DNA from: Camelus ferus
Lineage: Eukaryota
Assembly (NCBI RefSeq): GCF_009834535.1
Contig: NC_045697.1
Coordinates: 38,070,001 to 38,134,000, forward strand
DNA length: 64,000 bases
Reading direction: 5' to 3'
Both the position numbers and the translations under genes were made by a program. The notes below the pieces were generated by a model. That model made no database searches and was not told the origin of the DNA. It was given only the letters and a program-made list of their open reading frames with translations. Shown in pieces: positions 13,611 to 28,120 of the stretch; the stretch's first letter is position 1, and every line of letters starts with the position of its first letter.

Positions 13611-14660
13611 AGACTGGAGAAAATATTTGCAAAAGACATATCTAGTAAAGAATTGTTATCTGAAATATACAAAAAACTCTAAAAAGTAAGAAGTCAACAA
13701 TACGAAAACAATCTGATTTTTAAAAATGGGCTAAAGATCCTAACAGACACTTCATCGAAATAGATGATGACAAATGAGCATATAAAAGGACGTTCCACAT
13801 CTGTGGCATCAGGAAAACACAAATTAAAATAGAGACCACTACGCATCTATTAGAATGGCCAAAATCTGGAACACTGGTAATACCAAATGCTGGAGGGGAC
13901 TGAAGAAACAGGAACTCTCATTCATTGCTAGTAGGAATGCAAAATGGTTACAGCCACTTTGGGAGATAGTTTGGCAGTGTTTTTTTTTTTTACAAAATGA
14001 AATATACTCTTACTGTATGATCCAGCAATCAAGTTCCTTGGTATCTACTCAAAGGAGCTGAAAACTTACATTCACCCAAAAATCTACACACAGATGTTTA
14101 TAGCAGTTTTATTCATAATTGCCAAAACTTGGAAGCAACCAAGGTGTCCTTCACTAGGTGAATGAATAAATAAACAGTGGTACATCCAGATAATGGAATA
14201 TTATTCAGTGCTTAAAAAAAAAGTGCAGTCAAGCCATGGAAAGACATGGAGAAACCTTAAAAGCGTATTACTAAGTGAAATAAGCCAATCTGAGAAGGCT
14301 ATATGATCCCAACTGTATAACAATCTGGAAAGGCAAAACCACAAAGGCAATAAATATATAAGGGATTGGCAGGGGAGAGGGATGAATAGGCAACCCACGG
14401 AGGATTTTTAGGGCAGTGAAAAAACTCTGTATGGTACCATAACAATGAATATACGTCCAAACCCAAGAATGAACTGTAATGCACATTATGGACTTTGGGT
14501 GATTCTGATGTATCAATGCAGGTTCATAATTATAACAAATATATCACTCTGGTGGGGAATGTTGGTAATGGGGGAGACTATGCATGTGTGGGCACAAGAG
14601 GTATATTAGAAATCTATACCTTCCAGTCAATTTTGCTTTGAACTTAAAACTGCTTAAAAA
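13611..14660 (+). mobile_element. L1 3' end (L1MC-like), copy A
   Basis: L1 ORF2 end and 3' UTR motifs ending aacttaaaactgcttaaaaa. Confidence 0.85.
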
Positions 14661-14937
14661 AGGGGGGGGGGTGGTCTTAAAACTTTTTGTTGTTGTTGCT
14701 GTTTTGTTTTGGATTTAAATGGGGAATTTGCTTTAAATCAGCAATATCAAGATGACTACAGAATTTTCTCTTAAGGACAAGTAAAATTTTAAAAGGCTAC
14801 AGGTCCCTTTTTCCTTAGATCCGAAGTGACAACAGATATTGAAATAATGCCAGAATTTGATGGCAATTAGAGTTGTACTTTTGATGTGGAATATACAAGT
14901 AAAAGAACTTCTGTGTATAATATCTCCCTTTAATCTC

Positions 14938-15335
14938 TGTGGCAGAGACCATTTGGGTTGTCATCAGCACAGCTTCTTCCAGGACTCACAAGAAGACTGC
15001 ATTTGCCAGCTTCCCTTGCAGTTAGATTAGGGCCATTAGACTGGATTCCGTCCAGTGGAACATAGTGAAAAAGGTATGTGCATTTCTATGACTTATCCCT
15101 GAAATGTCCCACCCCATCTTTCATATTGTCTTCCTGGTCTGCAAGCCTGGACGTAAAGGATTCTGAGCTGATGAAGCTCCACATGAAAAGAGCCCAGATC
15201 CCTAGTCATCACCTGGAGGAGAGCTGCCCAGAAGAATTATAAGACATACATCCCCTGTGAGTGAGGAACTTCCCTGTGTGAAACCACAGATCTTCTAGCT
15301 GTTTGTTCCAGCAGATAGCATTGATTATCTTAATA
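14938..15335 (+). mobile_element. MaLR LTR fragment (MLT1-like)
   Basis: catttgccagcttcccttgcagttag and acctggaggagagctgccc motifs. Confidence 0.6.
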
Positions 15336-16559
15336 AATTCTGCTGACATAAATGATTACATCAGTAGGTTGGTGATCACTGTACAACACTTGCATACTTT
15401 GAAAAACCCTAATAATTCACTGTATCTGATTATTTTAAAATACTCTTTACTTGTTAATATTTCTTTTAAGATTTTTGCATCTATGTTTCAAGAGTGATAT
15501 TGATCTAAAGCAGTATTTATCAAGTTGAGGCATGCGGACATCCTATATGAGAATCACTTGAGAATGGCAGGTTCCACAGATGTGCATATTCCTGAGACTC
15601 AACCTGAAGTTCAGTAATATTAACTCTTAGTGCTGGTCTCAGGAATATGCATTTTTAACTTTATATAATGGACGTTTATTAACATTTACAGTAGTTAAGA
15701 GATCCCAGATGTATGCATCTTCCATCAATAATTTCTATTCATGGTCAATCTTCTTTCATGGCTAACCCCATTAGCTCCCCCTTTCAAGGGCCCTTCTGAA
15801 ACAAATATAGGACATCATGTCATTTCATCTGTAAATATTTCATAATACATCTCTAAAAGATGAGAATGTTTTAAAAAATTTAATTCATACAGCATAATCA
15901 TACCTAAAACAATGGCAATTCCTTAATATATTCAGATATTGTTCAAATAATCCTATTATCCATTTAATAACTTTACTTAATTGTGGTAAAATATACATAA
16001 AATTTACCATGTTAACCATTTTTAAGAGTTAAGTTCTCCAGTTTTTAAGTTTATTTATTCAAATGCAGATCTAAATTAGATTTATAGAGTGGCTATTATA
16101 TCTCTAAAATCTCATTTAATACACAGATTCTTTTCTATCTGTTTTTCCCCTAGAAATTTCTTTGATGAAGGAAACCAGATTGCTTGTCCAAACTTTCCCA
16201 CAGCCTGAATTTAGCTTAATTCACTATCATGAAATCAATTCACACAAGAAATCTAAATTTTTCGTAATGATGCTAGGTGATTACTTTGACTAACCAACTT
16301 AAGTACTAGCCTTGTCTGATTATGATAATAGTATCATATTATCAATAATACAACAATGTTACATGTAGTAAATTAGTAAGCTTGCCATCCCTCTAAAAAC
16401 AGAAATATCTATACCTTGAAAAGTAGAGAAAAATCAGCTACACAACAAATTTTAAGACACAGGTGCTCTTCTCAATTATATTTTTCTATCTCTTATTGAG
16501 TCTATTTCAGAAATTATTTTTTCATTAAAAATCATATTTTAAAAATGATGTATATGATA

Positions 16560-18420
16560 ATATATTAAATTTTCTCCTGTGTCTGGCTTCTTTAATTCAG
16601 TATAACATTTTTTAATTTCACCAAAGTTATTGTATGTATCAGTAGTTTGATTACTTTCTTACAGAGTAGTATTCCATTTCATGAATACATTACAATTTGT
16701 TTATTCATTTACTTTACTTTAGTCATCTTATTGATGGACTTTTGGGTTGTTTCCAGTTTCTGGCTATTCTGAATATTCATGTACAAGTCTTTGTATTGAT
16801 TTATACTTTCAATTATCTCAAGTAAATATTCAGGAATATAACTGAATGTAACTGGGTTATATGTTAAATGTATATGTAACTTTAGAAGAAACTGCCAAAC
16901 TATTTTCCAAAGTGATCATATCAATTTCTCCACAATCTTTAGTTTTAAGCTGTAATATAATTCATATACAATAAAATTAAACTATTTAAAGTATATTATT
17001 CAGTGATTTTTAAAATATTCATGAAGTTGTGTATCTATAACCACTAATTCCAGAATTTTTTTTATTGCCCCAAAAGAAACCCTATATCCATTTACAGTTA
17101 CTCCCTCGTCCTCCCTCTCAGGCCCTGGAAATTAATAATCTGCTTTCTGTCTCACAAATTTTCCTATTCTGGATTTTTCATATATATAGAATCATATAAG
17201 ATGTGACCTTTTGTCACTGGCTTCTTCCACTTAGCATAATATTTACAGGGTTCAGTCCTGTTGTAGCATATGTCAGTTCATCATGTCTTTACATGGCTGA
17301 ATAATATTCCATTGTATGAATATACCACATTTTGTTTATCCACTCACCAGGTGATGGCCAGTAAGTTTCTTTGTACTTTCTGGCTACTGTGAGTACTGCT
17401 GGTATGAACATTCACGTACACATTTTGTGTTCTCAATTCTCTTGGGTATATATAACTATGGGTGGAATTGCTGGATCATGGTAATTTTATGTTTAACATT
17501 GGAGGAAATTCTGGACTGTTCAAAGCAGTGCACCATTTTACATTCCCAACAGCAATGTATGACTGTTCCAAATTCTCCACCTGCTCACCAACACTTTTGT
17601 TATTTTCCTTTACTATAACCACCCTAGTGGGAGAGAAGTGGAATCACATTGTGGTTTTGATTTGCATTTCCCTAATGACTAATGATATTAAGCATCTTTT
17701 CATGTGCTTATTTTCTATTTGTATACCTTCTTTGGGAAAATGTCAAGCCCTTTGAATGTTTTTAAATTGGATTATTTAGTTTTTTGGTTGTTGAATTTTA
17801 GAAGTTCTTTATACATATTTTATACATTCTTTATACATTCTGGTTAGTAATCCCTTATCATATATATAATTTGCAAATAATTTCTCCCATTCTGCAGGAT
17901 GTGTTTTCACTCTCTTGATAGTGTCCTTTGATGCACAAATATTTTAAATTTTGATGAAGTCCAATTTATCTATTTTTTTCCCTTTGTTGCCTGTGTTTTT
18001 GGTGTCATATCCAAGAAATCATTTCCACATCCAAGGTCATGGACATTTCTCACTGTGTTTTGTTTGAAGAGTTTTATAGTCTTAGTTCCTACATTTGGGT
18101 CTTTGATCTATTTTGAGTTAACCTTTGTACATAATGTGAAGTAGGAGTCCAACTTTATTCTTCTGCATGTGGATATCCAGTTTTCCTAGACCATTGGTTG
18201 AAAAGATTGTTCTTTCCCCACTGAATGGTCTTGACACCCTTGCTGAAAATCATCTGACTGTATATGAGATGGTTTCTTCCTGGTCTCTCTACTCTATTCC
18301 TTCAGTCTGTATATCTATCCTTATGTCACTATAACACTGTTTTGATTACTGCTGCTTTGTAGTAAGTTTTGAAATCTGGAAGTGTTAGTCCTCCAATTTT
18401 GATCTTTCTCAAATTACTTG
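16560..18420 (-). mobile_element. Old L1 3' fragments
   Basis: Antisense L1 ORF2/3' UTR motifs (ttgatttgcatttccctaatgactaatgat etc.). Confidence 0.8.
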
Positions 18421-18522
18421 GTTTCCAGGATCTGGATGTGTTTCTTTTTATTCATTCTGCCAATTTCTGCCTTTAATTGGAGATTAATTGGAGTAATTTA
18501 AAATCCATTTACATTTAAAGTA

Positions 18523-19088
18523 TGTAATGTAAGTGTCTGACATTAAGCTTTTGATTACTGAGGCATTCATTTCAAAAGACACCCATCCTCCTTGAAACCA
18601 TATTGCCAACTGTATGACACAGCTACTAGCAAAACAACCAGATAAAGAATTAGGCTTCCCCACCCTGTGAAAACGCTTTCTTTCAGAGAGCCCTTCATAA
18701 CCTAGATAAATGACCACTTGAGTGACCCCTCTTCTCCCTTCCTGTGCCCTAATTCCAGCTCTTCTGCTCTAAACTAGCCAAGAAAGAGTGAACCCATGAA
18801 ACCTAGATATCCCATCAATGGACCTTAATAAAGGTACAGCCCTCCTCCCCCTCTCTAAGACCTGGCTGAGTGGCTCTCAGGCACATTGTGTATTCTTCAG
18901 GACTTGTGACGAATAAATCTTGTTCCTCAAACTTCCCTGACAGTTTCTTGCTGAAGTGCATCCTAAAATCATAGTAAGAGTCACAATAACCAGTCCAGCC
19001 ACAGCTATGAGTCACATAGGCCCAAGTGAGCACCTCAGGCATTCCTAGCATACAGCATCACTATCAACATGCTAGAACTGAAACAACA
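18523..19088 (+). mobile_element. ERVL-class solo LTR inserted in an L1
   Basis: TG...CA ends, perfect 5-bp TSD aagta (18518-22, 19089-93), internal AATAAA. Confidence 0.75.
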
Positions 19089-21110
19089 AAGTAATTACTG
19101 AAAAAGAAGGACTGATTTCTGCCATTTAGTTATTTTCTGTATTTCTATGCCTTATATGCTTTTTGTTCCTCAATTATTTCATCATTGCTTCTTTTTGTAT
19201 TTCCATATTCTAGTTGATTTTTGTGATACTCCATTTTGCTTTCCTTTTCTATATTCTTTTAGTTTTTTCTTAGTGAGGATTTATTAAAATTAGTATCTTA
19301 CAATAACCCACTGTGAATAATACCAACTTAGCTTAAACAGCATACAAACACTGCTCTTGTACATCTCCATCCTTCCCTCTTTATATTGTTATTGTTACAG
19401 ACTACATTGTTATATATGGTGTGTCTACTAACATCAATTTATAATTACTGTTTTATGAATTTGCCCTTTAAATCATATGAAAAAAGGAAGTTAAAAACCA
19501 AAAGTACAGTAATATTGGCTTTTATATTTACCTATATTGTTACCTTTACCTATGTTATTTATTCTTTACATAATTTTGAGTTACTGTCTAGTATCTTGTA
19601 ATTACAGCCTAAAGGACTCCTTTAGCTAATTTTCAGTACAAGTCTAGTAGTAACAAGTTCACTTAGATTTTATCTAGGAATGTCTTAATTTCTCCTTCAT
19701 TCTTATAGCATAGTTTTTTCAGATATGGAATTCTTGGTTGACAGTTTTTTTTTTTCTTTCTTTCTTGCAGCCTCCAACATTTCTGATGAGAAACTGGCTG
19801 AAAGTCTTATTTTAAGGGATGCATCTTTGTGTGGGTCTCTGAGTTTATCCTGCTGGGAGTCCATTGAGCACCCTGGATTTGCAGATTTATCTTTTGTTAA
19901 ATTTGGGAAGTTTTCAGTCACTGTTTCCACAAATAATCTTTCTGCCTCTCTCATTTTCTTTCTGCTGGGACTCCCGTATGCTAGCTAGTTCACCAAAAAT
20001 GTACCACAAGGCCAATTAGGCTTTGCTCAGTGTTCTTCATTATTTTTTCTTTCTGTTTCTTAGACTCAATACTTTCAATTGTCCTATCTTCAAATCATCT
20101 CTTTCTTCTGCTGGTTCAAATCTGCTTTAGAAGCCCTTTAGTGTATATTTTAAGACAACTATTGTACTTTTTAGTTTCAGAATGCCTTTTTGGTTCCTTT
20201 TAATAATTTCTATCTCTTTATTGCTATTCTCATTTTCTTCATATGATGTTTTCTTGTCTTTGTCCATGGCTTCCTTTAGCTCTTTGTACATTTTTAACTA
20301 AGTTGCCTTAAAGTTTTTGTCTGGTAAGTCTGATATATTGGCTTTCCCAGTATATTTTGTGTTGATTTATTTTGTTCCTTTAAAAGGGTCATACTTCCCT
20401 GTTTCTTTTTATGCCTTGTGATTTTTCAATGAAAAACATTTGATTCTTATAATTGATAACTCTGGAAATCAGATTCTTCTCCTGCCCCATTTTTTTTTTT
20501 TTAATAGGGTGTGCCTGCATCAGGGATCAGCCTGAGATGAAAGCATAAGGTCTTCTTAGGTCTTTTCTGAGCCTCCACCTTTCCCAAGGCTTTCTAAATT
20601 CCCCCCATATATATGGTTGTTCAAAATGTATATCCAAAATCTAAAAAAAAAACCAAAAAACAAAAAACAAAAAAACAAACAAAAAAACCAACCAGAAGCA
20701 AAACACAGATAAAGCTCCTTAAAGTCCCTTGGAAGCCACTTGAGCCAGTGAGGGTTGACACAATGGTTGCTGCTCTCTGTGCCTGCACCTCTGCATTCAG
20801 AAGCAAAAATCTGCAATCAGAACACAGAATCTTGATATTTGAGGACAAAGTTCTCATTGCCTACCCTGGCTCCAGCAAGCTGTGCCAGAAACACAGGTTG
20901 CTGTTGAAACAGCTGCCTGCCTTGGGGATGGGGGAATAAGGATTGAAATCAACCAATACTAACTGCAATTTATCAGCCAAGCTTCATCCTGCAAGTATTC
21001 AAATAGACTCCAGAGTTTCAAAGCCATTAGTTCAGACAGTTTCTGCAAGTACAGTGTTGCCTACGTGGAGAGATGGATTCCTGGAGCTTTCTACCTCTGC
21101 CATTTCTCCT
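19089..21110 (-). mobile_element. Old L1 ORF1 / 5' region fragments
   Basis: ORF 19703..19954 has L1 ORF1-like motifs (ENFPNL, IRLSASFSSEMLEAAR). Confidence 0.7.
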
Positions 21111-22488
21111 GGTATCAACCTGGCCAGTTTTTGTTAGAAAATCTCTCAAATTTGGGTTTCTCTGATGTATCTTATGATTAAATTGAGGCTATGCATTTTT
21201 GACAAGGGTAACATAGAGCTGATGTGTCCTCATTACATCATATTAGGAGTCATTTGATGTCAACATGTTTTATTGGTGATATTAATCTTGGTCACTTCCT
21301 AAAGACAGGGTCTGCCAAAATCTACACTGTAAACTTACTATTTCCTCCTTTATAATTACTAAATATTTGGGAGTGATACTTTGAGATTATGCAAATATCC
21401 TGTTTCTATTTAAACTTTCACCCACTCATTTTAGCATCTATCAGCAGATCTTGTCCATAAGGTATTATTACTGTGGTGTTCTGATGGTCATTTTTCTATT
21501 TTTCTCATTCCATCTACACTTATTAATCAGAAATCTTCAGTGAAGAAGAAGTGAATTTGTTTATATATTCATTTACTTATCTATATCACTTTGGGCTCAA
21601 GGATAATTATTTTTATAATCCCATATTACAATTATTTATTTTGTTGTTCAAACTGTTCTAACTCTGGCCATTGTAATATCTTTTTGTTTGGCTCCTGTGC
21701 CTTAAAAAAATTTTTTTAGCACTTCCTTAACTTTCAGATACCACAAAATGCCCCAGGCTCATACTCTTCTTTTTCAACTCTCACTGTGGAATAAAGCAGT
21801 CCTCTAAGGAACACTGGCTCCTTTTGTCGGAGAACAGTAATATGAAACAATAACTGAGTGCTGGGTGTACTCCTTGCTACCAGAGGATAGCTGCTTCTAA
21901 CCCAATAAACTGATTTTTTTCACGTTAAATCTACCTTGGATTCCTGGGACCAATCTCACTTGATCTGGATGTATTATTCTTTTTTTTTAATTGCTAGACT
22001 TAATTTGCTAATATTTTGTTTAAAAATTTTTATGCTTACATTCATAAGAGATATTTTTCTGTAGCATTCTGTTTTTAGTATCAGGATAAGTTGGGAAATC
22101 TATGCACTTGTTCTAATTTCTGAAAGAATTTGTTTATGATTGATAATTAATTATTCATTAAATGACAGAAACTCTTGACATACATCATGCTAAAAGGAAA
22201 ATCATGGCCCTCTTTTTACTGGCCTTCTATTGATATTTTCTACTTTATGCATATATAACTTGATAAAGTTCTGCTATATATTATTGAAGAGTTTTTTGTT
22301 TAAGCCAAGGCAAAAAGATCAGGAAAAAAATCCATCTTACATAAAGTGAGTTAGTTTTAAAATATTACTTAAAAATTAGTTTTGTTCTTTTTAAAATATA
22401 TTCTATAGACAAAATAGGGCTTTTTCTTATTTCATTCTTACAATATTTCATTCAAAAACTCATAAATTATCCAAATAAATCACTGTAC

Positions 22489-22579
22489 CTATATATTTCA
22501 ATGGCTTTCAAATCTTCATCATCAAATTCATCTTCTGCTTCCTTCAACTGTGCAAGAGTCATCTTTTCATATGGTTTAA
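22489..22579 (-). CDS. PDCL2: PDCL2 exon 3 (VKPYEKMTLAQLKEAEDEFDDEDLKAIEIYR)
   Basis: 91 bp, ttttag|TT...AG|gtacag; phase consistent with exons 2 and 4. Confidence 0.96.
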
Positions 22580-23146
22580 CTAAAACAAAATAAATTGTAG
22601 ATAATTCAGTTATTTAAAAACTAATTTTACTTTATAGTCACATGTCTAGAAAAAACAATATATTACATAAATGGAGATCAAGAATATCTTTAATTTTGCA
22701 GTTTCTCCAACAAACAAAGCTATATTGTGGCTGACTGCTTCAGGTTGTTTAAAGTGTTATTTAGTCCCTCAGAGTTCACAGAACTATCAGACTACATTTA
22801 AAATAGATGCAAAAATCAATTAGGCTTTACAAATTTAATTTTCCCAAGTACCTGGAAACCTTGACAAGTAATACATCCTATATAGAATGATCAAAATAGA
22901 GGTAATCACAAGGTAGAGAAACCCCACTAGGTTAGATACCAGGGCATGTCGGCTCTGATATTAACTAGCATGTAATTTTCAACACATGAATTAGGAATTT
23001 TAGGTGCCAGCATCCTAATTTCAAAAGTACGGGTGGGATTTATATTAAAGTATTTCTAATGTCTTCTCTCTAAGTTCATGAAATGCACTATCACTATTAT
23101 AACTGTATTATTCCTTTCATCCAGCCCACCAAATACACAACTATAC

Positions 23147-23267
23147 CCATTGCTTCCTTCTGCAAACGTAAAACCATTTCTTCAATTTCATCTTTTGGCT
23201 CTTCTTTTGGAGGAAGAATGCCAAAATCTCTTAAAATTTCATTCCACTCTGTATCTTCATTTGGATC
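23147..23267 (-). CDS. PDCL2: PDCL2 exon 2 (DPNEDTEWNEILRDFGILPPKEEPKDEIEEMVLRLQKEAM)
   Basis: 121 bp, tag|GAT...ATGG|gtatag; translation matches PDCL2. Confidence 0.96.
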
Positions 23268-23854
23268 CTATATTAAAAAAAATAGAAAATCTATTAGCAT
23301 AATTGTGCATTTTAATATGTGTAAAATTGATATATTGCATTTCCTATGTAATTGTTCATGAACTCTACAGATACACTAGATCATTAGTTTCAAAGAATAG
23401 AACAAAATGGCCTACTTTTTCCCCATTTCCCAGTACTAATATGACTATATACTTTGATAAACAGAATGTATCCTCTACTCTTAAAGTTATGTATATATCA
23501 AGTGTTAATGAAGAAACTTGTATAAGTCATGGAAAATTATTTGAAGACTGTAGTAGGTAAAACCAATCCACAGCATGCAAATACTGTTTTCTTTTTCTAC
23601 ATAGGCATTCAAGAACTCCAGGTGAACTTGCTTCTTTTCAGTTATATCGCTTCATGGGACTCTTACTCACAAGTTAAATCTTAGAAGAAGCTAGGAATCT
23701 TTTCATAGTTCAATTTCTGTCTAACCATAATTTCCTTCTATGAAATTTAACCTTGTTTTCTTTGTTACTTAGGCTTTGATGTTTTATTTGCTGCTCTTCC
23801 TGAAGTTGTTTGTCACATATTAACTATTGTTTTGAGTGAATACTTTGGCAAACA

Positions 23855-24390
23855 AAGGATAGGATGGCCTTGAATGATTGCCACCTTTGGGTATTCACAA
23901 CCTGCATAATCCTCTCTCTGATTATGGGTGAGAACCATGACATGCTTCTAATCAATAGAATAAGGCAAAGGTAAAGGAGTATCACTTCTGTGATTTTATT
24001 CCATAAGACTAATTCCCATCTTGCCAGTACTCTCTCTGACTTGCTGGCTTTGATGAAGTAAGCTGAAATATTGTGAGGCTGCCATGGAGACAACTATGTG
24101 ACAAGGAGAATGTACTCAACAATCAGCTAGAAACCGAGGTTCTCAGTCAAATACCTCCAAAAAAATCCTGAATTCTGCCAACTACCATGTAAGTGAACTT
24201 AGAAGTGGACCCTTCCTCTGTTGTACCTTTAGATGCACCCCACCTCTAGCTGACTCTTTGTGGAAGACTCTGAAGCAGAGGACCCAGATAAGCAATGCTT
24301 GGACCCCTGACCCATAAAAACTGAGATAATAAATGTGTTATTTTAACTCACCAAGTTTGTGGAAATTTGTTATGCAACAATGCATAAATA
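23855..24390 (+). mobile_element. MaLR LTR (MLT1-like)
   Basis: MLT1 3' motifs (actgagataataaatgtgttatttt...tttgttatgcaacaa). Confidence 0.7.
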
Positions 24391-26653
24391 ATACAAGTAT
24401 CATCTTATTTCTCCTCTTCATTCTATTCTTTGGCCAAAGTTTTGGATTTTTATTCATACAGGGTCTTTTACTGGTCTCTCCATCCACAGGATCTTCTGAT
24501 CCCCATTCTTTCTATATGTCATAACAATTAAAAATCACCACCAGCAGGAGTTACGCATTTGGTAATGTCAGACTAGATATTTTGGATCAAGCCTTTTACT
24601 GAGAACAGCCAGTAAAACTGGACAATATAGATGAAAACCAGTTTGAAGCCACTGGAGAATCAATAAGGCAGTGAAAAGAATTATGGCAAGAACATCCCAG
24701 ATGAAAAGGAGATCCAGAGAGAGCAGCTTTATGTTTGGGTCCATTGCCCTTGGGTCAACTGCCAATTCTGGAAGAGGTCAGGAGGTGGAGAAATTGAATA
24801 AAGGTCCACAGATTTGAGTACTGTGACCAAGGACAAAAATCAAAAGAAAATGATAACTAGGAGATTATCATTTATTTGGAATTTAATTTAAAAAATTCTA
24901 AATGACCTTAATGTCAAAGAAGAAATCACAATAGGGATTTAAAAGCATTGGGAATTGAATGATAATAATAAAGCCACATACCAAAAATATGTGGGCTGCA
25001 ACCAACGCAGTTCATAAAAGGAGTTTTTTACCCTTAATTTAACATATTTGAAAATGAAAAAGGCTTACAAATTAAAATACAAGCATCCAACCTAAAAAGT
25101 TGGTAAAAGAAAACCAAAATAAACCAAAGGTAAAAGGAAGGAAATAATAAAATAGAAATTGATAAAAGAAAAATTTAATATATATAACAGAGTAGATTAA
25201 CAAGGTCAAAAAATAATTTTTAGAGAAGACAAATAAATTAATTAACACTTGCCAAGATTGATACAGAAAACTGAGAAGGTACAAATAACCAATATTAGAA
25301 ACAAAAAGGGGAACACCTAACAGAAAAAGAAAATCCTGTTGTGTTTTGCTCATATTTTTTTCTACTTCGAAGTGGAAGCTTAGATCATTGACTATAAACT
25401 TTTCTTTTCTAATATAGCCACTTAAAGCTACAAATTTCCCTTTAACAAAGCCTATAGCCACATCCTACAAATTTTGGTATGTTGTATTTTTATTATTATT
25501 CAGTTAAAAACATTTCTAATCCTACTTGTGATTTTTGCTGATATTTTTATTTGGAAGAATGTTGCTTAATTTTCAAATATTTGGGGCTTTTCTAGGTATC
25601 TTATTAATAATTTCTAACTTAATTCTGCTTGGCCAGAAAACATACTTTGTTAAAGTTTCCATTTTTTGAAATGTATTGCCTTGTTTATGATCCAAACTGG
25701 GCAATTTTACCCATCATTTACTTTATTTCTGCCCTCTATCTTTCCCCTCCTAGTTTGTTACATGTTAACCATGCATTCCTTTAATACATGGTTAATCCAT
25801 TTAATAATGTCCCCTCAGTCCACTGGATCTCTATTGACTTTTAATAGTTTTCTATCTGTTCTTAAAATTGGATACTTCCTATTGATGCATCTTCAAGTTC
25901 CCTGACTCTCCTGCCATCTCCAATCTGCTATTAAGCCCATTCAGTGAATTTTTAAATTTCAGTTGTTGATATTTCCAGTTCAAGAATTCCCATATGATTA
26001 TTTAATGACTGCTTCTAATTCTGTTAACATTCTCCATCTGTGAATTCATTTCCTTTAAGTCCTTGAATATATTTATAATAGCTGCTTTAAATTCCTTATT
26101 GGCTAATGTCAACATCAGAATAATCTCAGGATCTGTTTCCATTGATTGCTTTCCTTTTGAGTGTGAGTCATGTTTTGAATATGGCTTTTTTTTTTCTTGT
26201 CTAAATTTTATTGAATATTAGACATTGAGGATGACACATCATAGAAATTCATGACTTTTTATGTTCCTCTGAAGTGTGTTGACTTTTATACTTGCAGGCA
26301 GTTAAACTTGGCTAGACTCAACACCAACTATTACAATTGAAATGGACAGCAGCCGAAATTTCAGATCAGTTCAGTTCTTTCACCTTCTAGTGGTTGCTTT
26401 TTGCCAGGCTTCCTGGGGTCTCCCACATACATATGAAGTTTAGCTGACAATTAAGGATTTGTGTGGATTTTTACATAGGATTTAAGGATCATCCCTTCTG
26501 GATTACCTTCCTTTCTGAGACTTCCTCACAATTCTATCACTCTACCAGCCCCAAATTTTGCCCTCCAACATCCCCGGTAAGATGGTGGTTTGCTGTCACC
26601 CACTGCCATATAGTTGTAAAATGCCCTCAACTATATCTAATCTTTTTAACCTA

Positions 26654-27510
26654 TTGTGGTAGTTTAAAAATATCTTCACAAATTCTTTCATACTCTTTTT
26701 GAGAGGTGAAGCTTAATCTTCCTTCCACTGAGTATAGGCTGAACCCAGTGTCTCATTTCTAATAAACTGAAAACACTGTGTGATTTCCAAGACTCAGTCG
26801 TAAAAGGCACTGCTGCTGCTTTTTCCTCTCGAGTCTCTCTCATCACTTGCTCTGAGGGGACCAGTGGCCCTGTTTTGAGGACACTCAAGCAGCCTATGTT
26901 AATCTGCTTGGGATGCTGCAGTAGAATATCACAGACCAGGTGGCTTAAGTAGAAATGTACTTTCTCACAGTCCTGGAGGCTGGAAGTCTAAGATCAAGGG
27001 GCCAGCAAGGCTGGTTCTGGTAAGAGTTCTTCTCCTGGCTTGTAGGAGGCCATCTTCTTGTTGTGTGCTCACACGGCCTTTCCTCTGTGTGTGTGCAGAG
27101 AGAGCACATGCTCTAGTGTCTCTTCTTCTTTAGGACACCAGTCCAATCAGAACAGAACCCCACTCTCATTGCCTTATTTAACTGTAATTACCTCCTTAAG
27201 CATCCTGTCTCCAAATACAGTCATATGTGGGGTTATGGCCTCATCATACAAATTTAGGGGGAGACACAGTTCACTCCAAAATACAGCCCTATTGAAAGTC
27301 CAAGTGGTGGGAAACTGAAGCCTTCTGCCAACAGTCATGTCAGTCAAACTGGAAGTAGATCCTGCAGCCCCAGCTGACATGTTGATTACAATCTCATTAG
27401 AGACCCTGAGCCAGAACCACCTTGGCTAAGCTTCTCACAAATGCCTGACTCCCCAGAAACTATGAGATAATAAATACTTGTTGTATTAAGCTGCTAAATT
27501 TCAGGATATT
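26654..27510 (+). mobile_element. MaLR LTR (MLT1) with a nested antisense MLT1A-like LTR at about 26897-27283
   Basis: tttctcacagtcctggaggctggaagtctaagatcaagg in the inner element; host MLT1 motifs on both sides. Confidence 0.7.
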
Positions 27511-27644
27511 AGATATAGTACCTGTCCATTCAGATTTTCTGGGGTTTTTGTTGTTAGTTTGTTCTTTCTTCTTTTCTCTTTCTTTTTCCTTCCTCTTTTT
27601 TCTTCTAGAAATCTTTTTATCTATAATAATAACTAATATTGTTT

Positions 27645-28120
27645 TCTTTTTTTTAATTGAAGTATAGTCAGATTACAATGTTGTGTCAATTTCTGGTGTA
27701 TAGCATAATGTTTCAGTCATACATATACATAATATATTCATTTTCATATTCTTTTTCATTATAGGTTACTACAAGATATTGAATATGGTTCCCTGTGCTG
27801 TACAGTATAAACTTGTTGTTTATCAACGTGGTAGTCAGTATCTGCAAATCTCAAACTCTCAAGTTATCTTTTCCCACCTCCATTCCCCCCGGTGACCATA
27901 AGTTTGTTTTCTATGTCTGTGAATCTGTTTCTGTTTTGTAAATAAGTTCATCTGTGTCTTTTTTTTTAGATTCCACATATAAGTGATATCATATGGTACT
28001 TTTCTTTCTCTTTCTGTCCTGCTTCACTTAGAATGATGATTTCCAGGTCCATCCATGCTGAAGCAAATATCATTATTTTATTCTTTTTTTTATGGCTGAG
28101 TAGTATTCCATTGTTATTTA
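27645..28120 (-). mobile_element. L1 3' end (artiodactyl-type)
   Basis: ttttttaattgaagtatag...ttagattccacatataagtga, typical antisense L1 3' UTR. Confidence 0.8.

Noticed and set aside
23600..24530. Possible decayed processed pseudogene on the minus strand split by an MLT1 LTR
   Set aside because: Short protein-looking stretches (KEWGSEDPVDGETSKRPCMNK; LICDKQLQEEQQ), but I cannot identify a parent; needs BLASTX.
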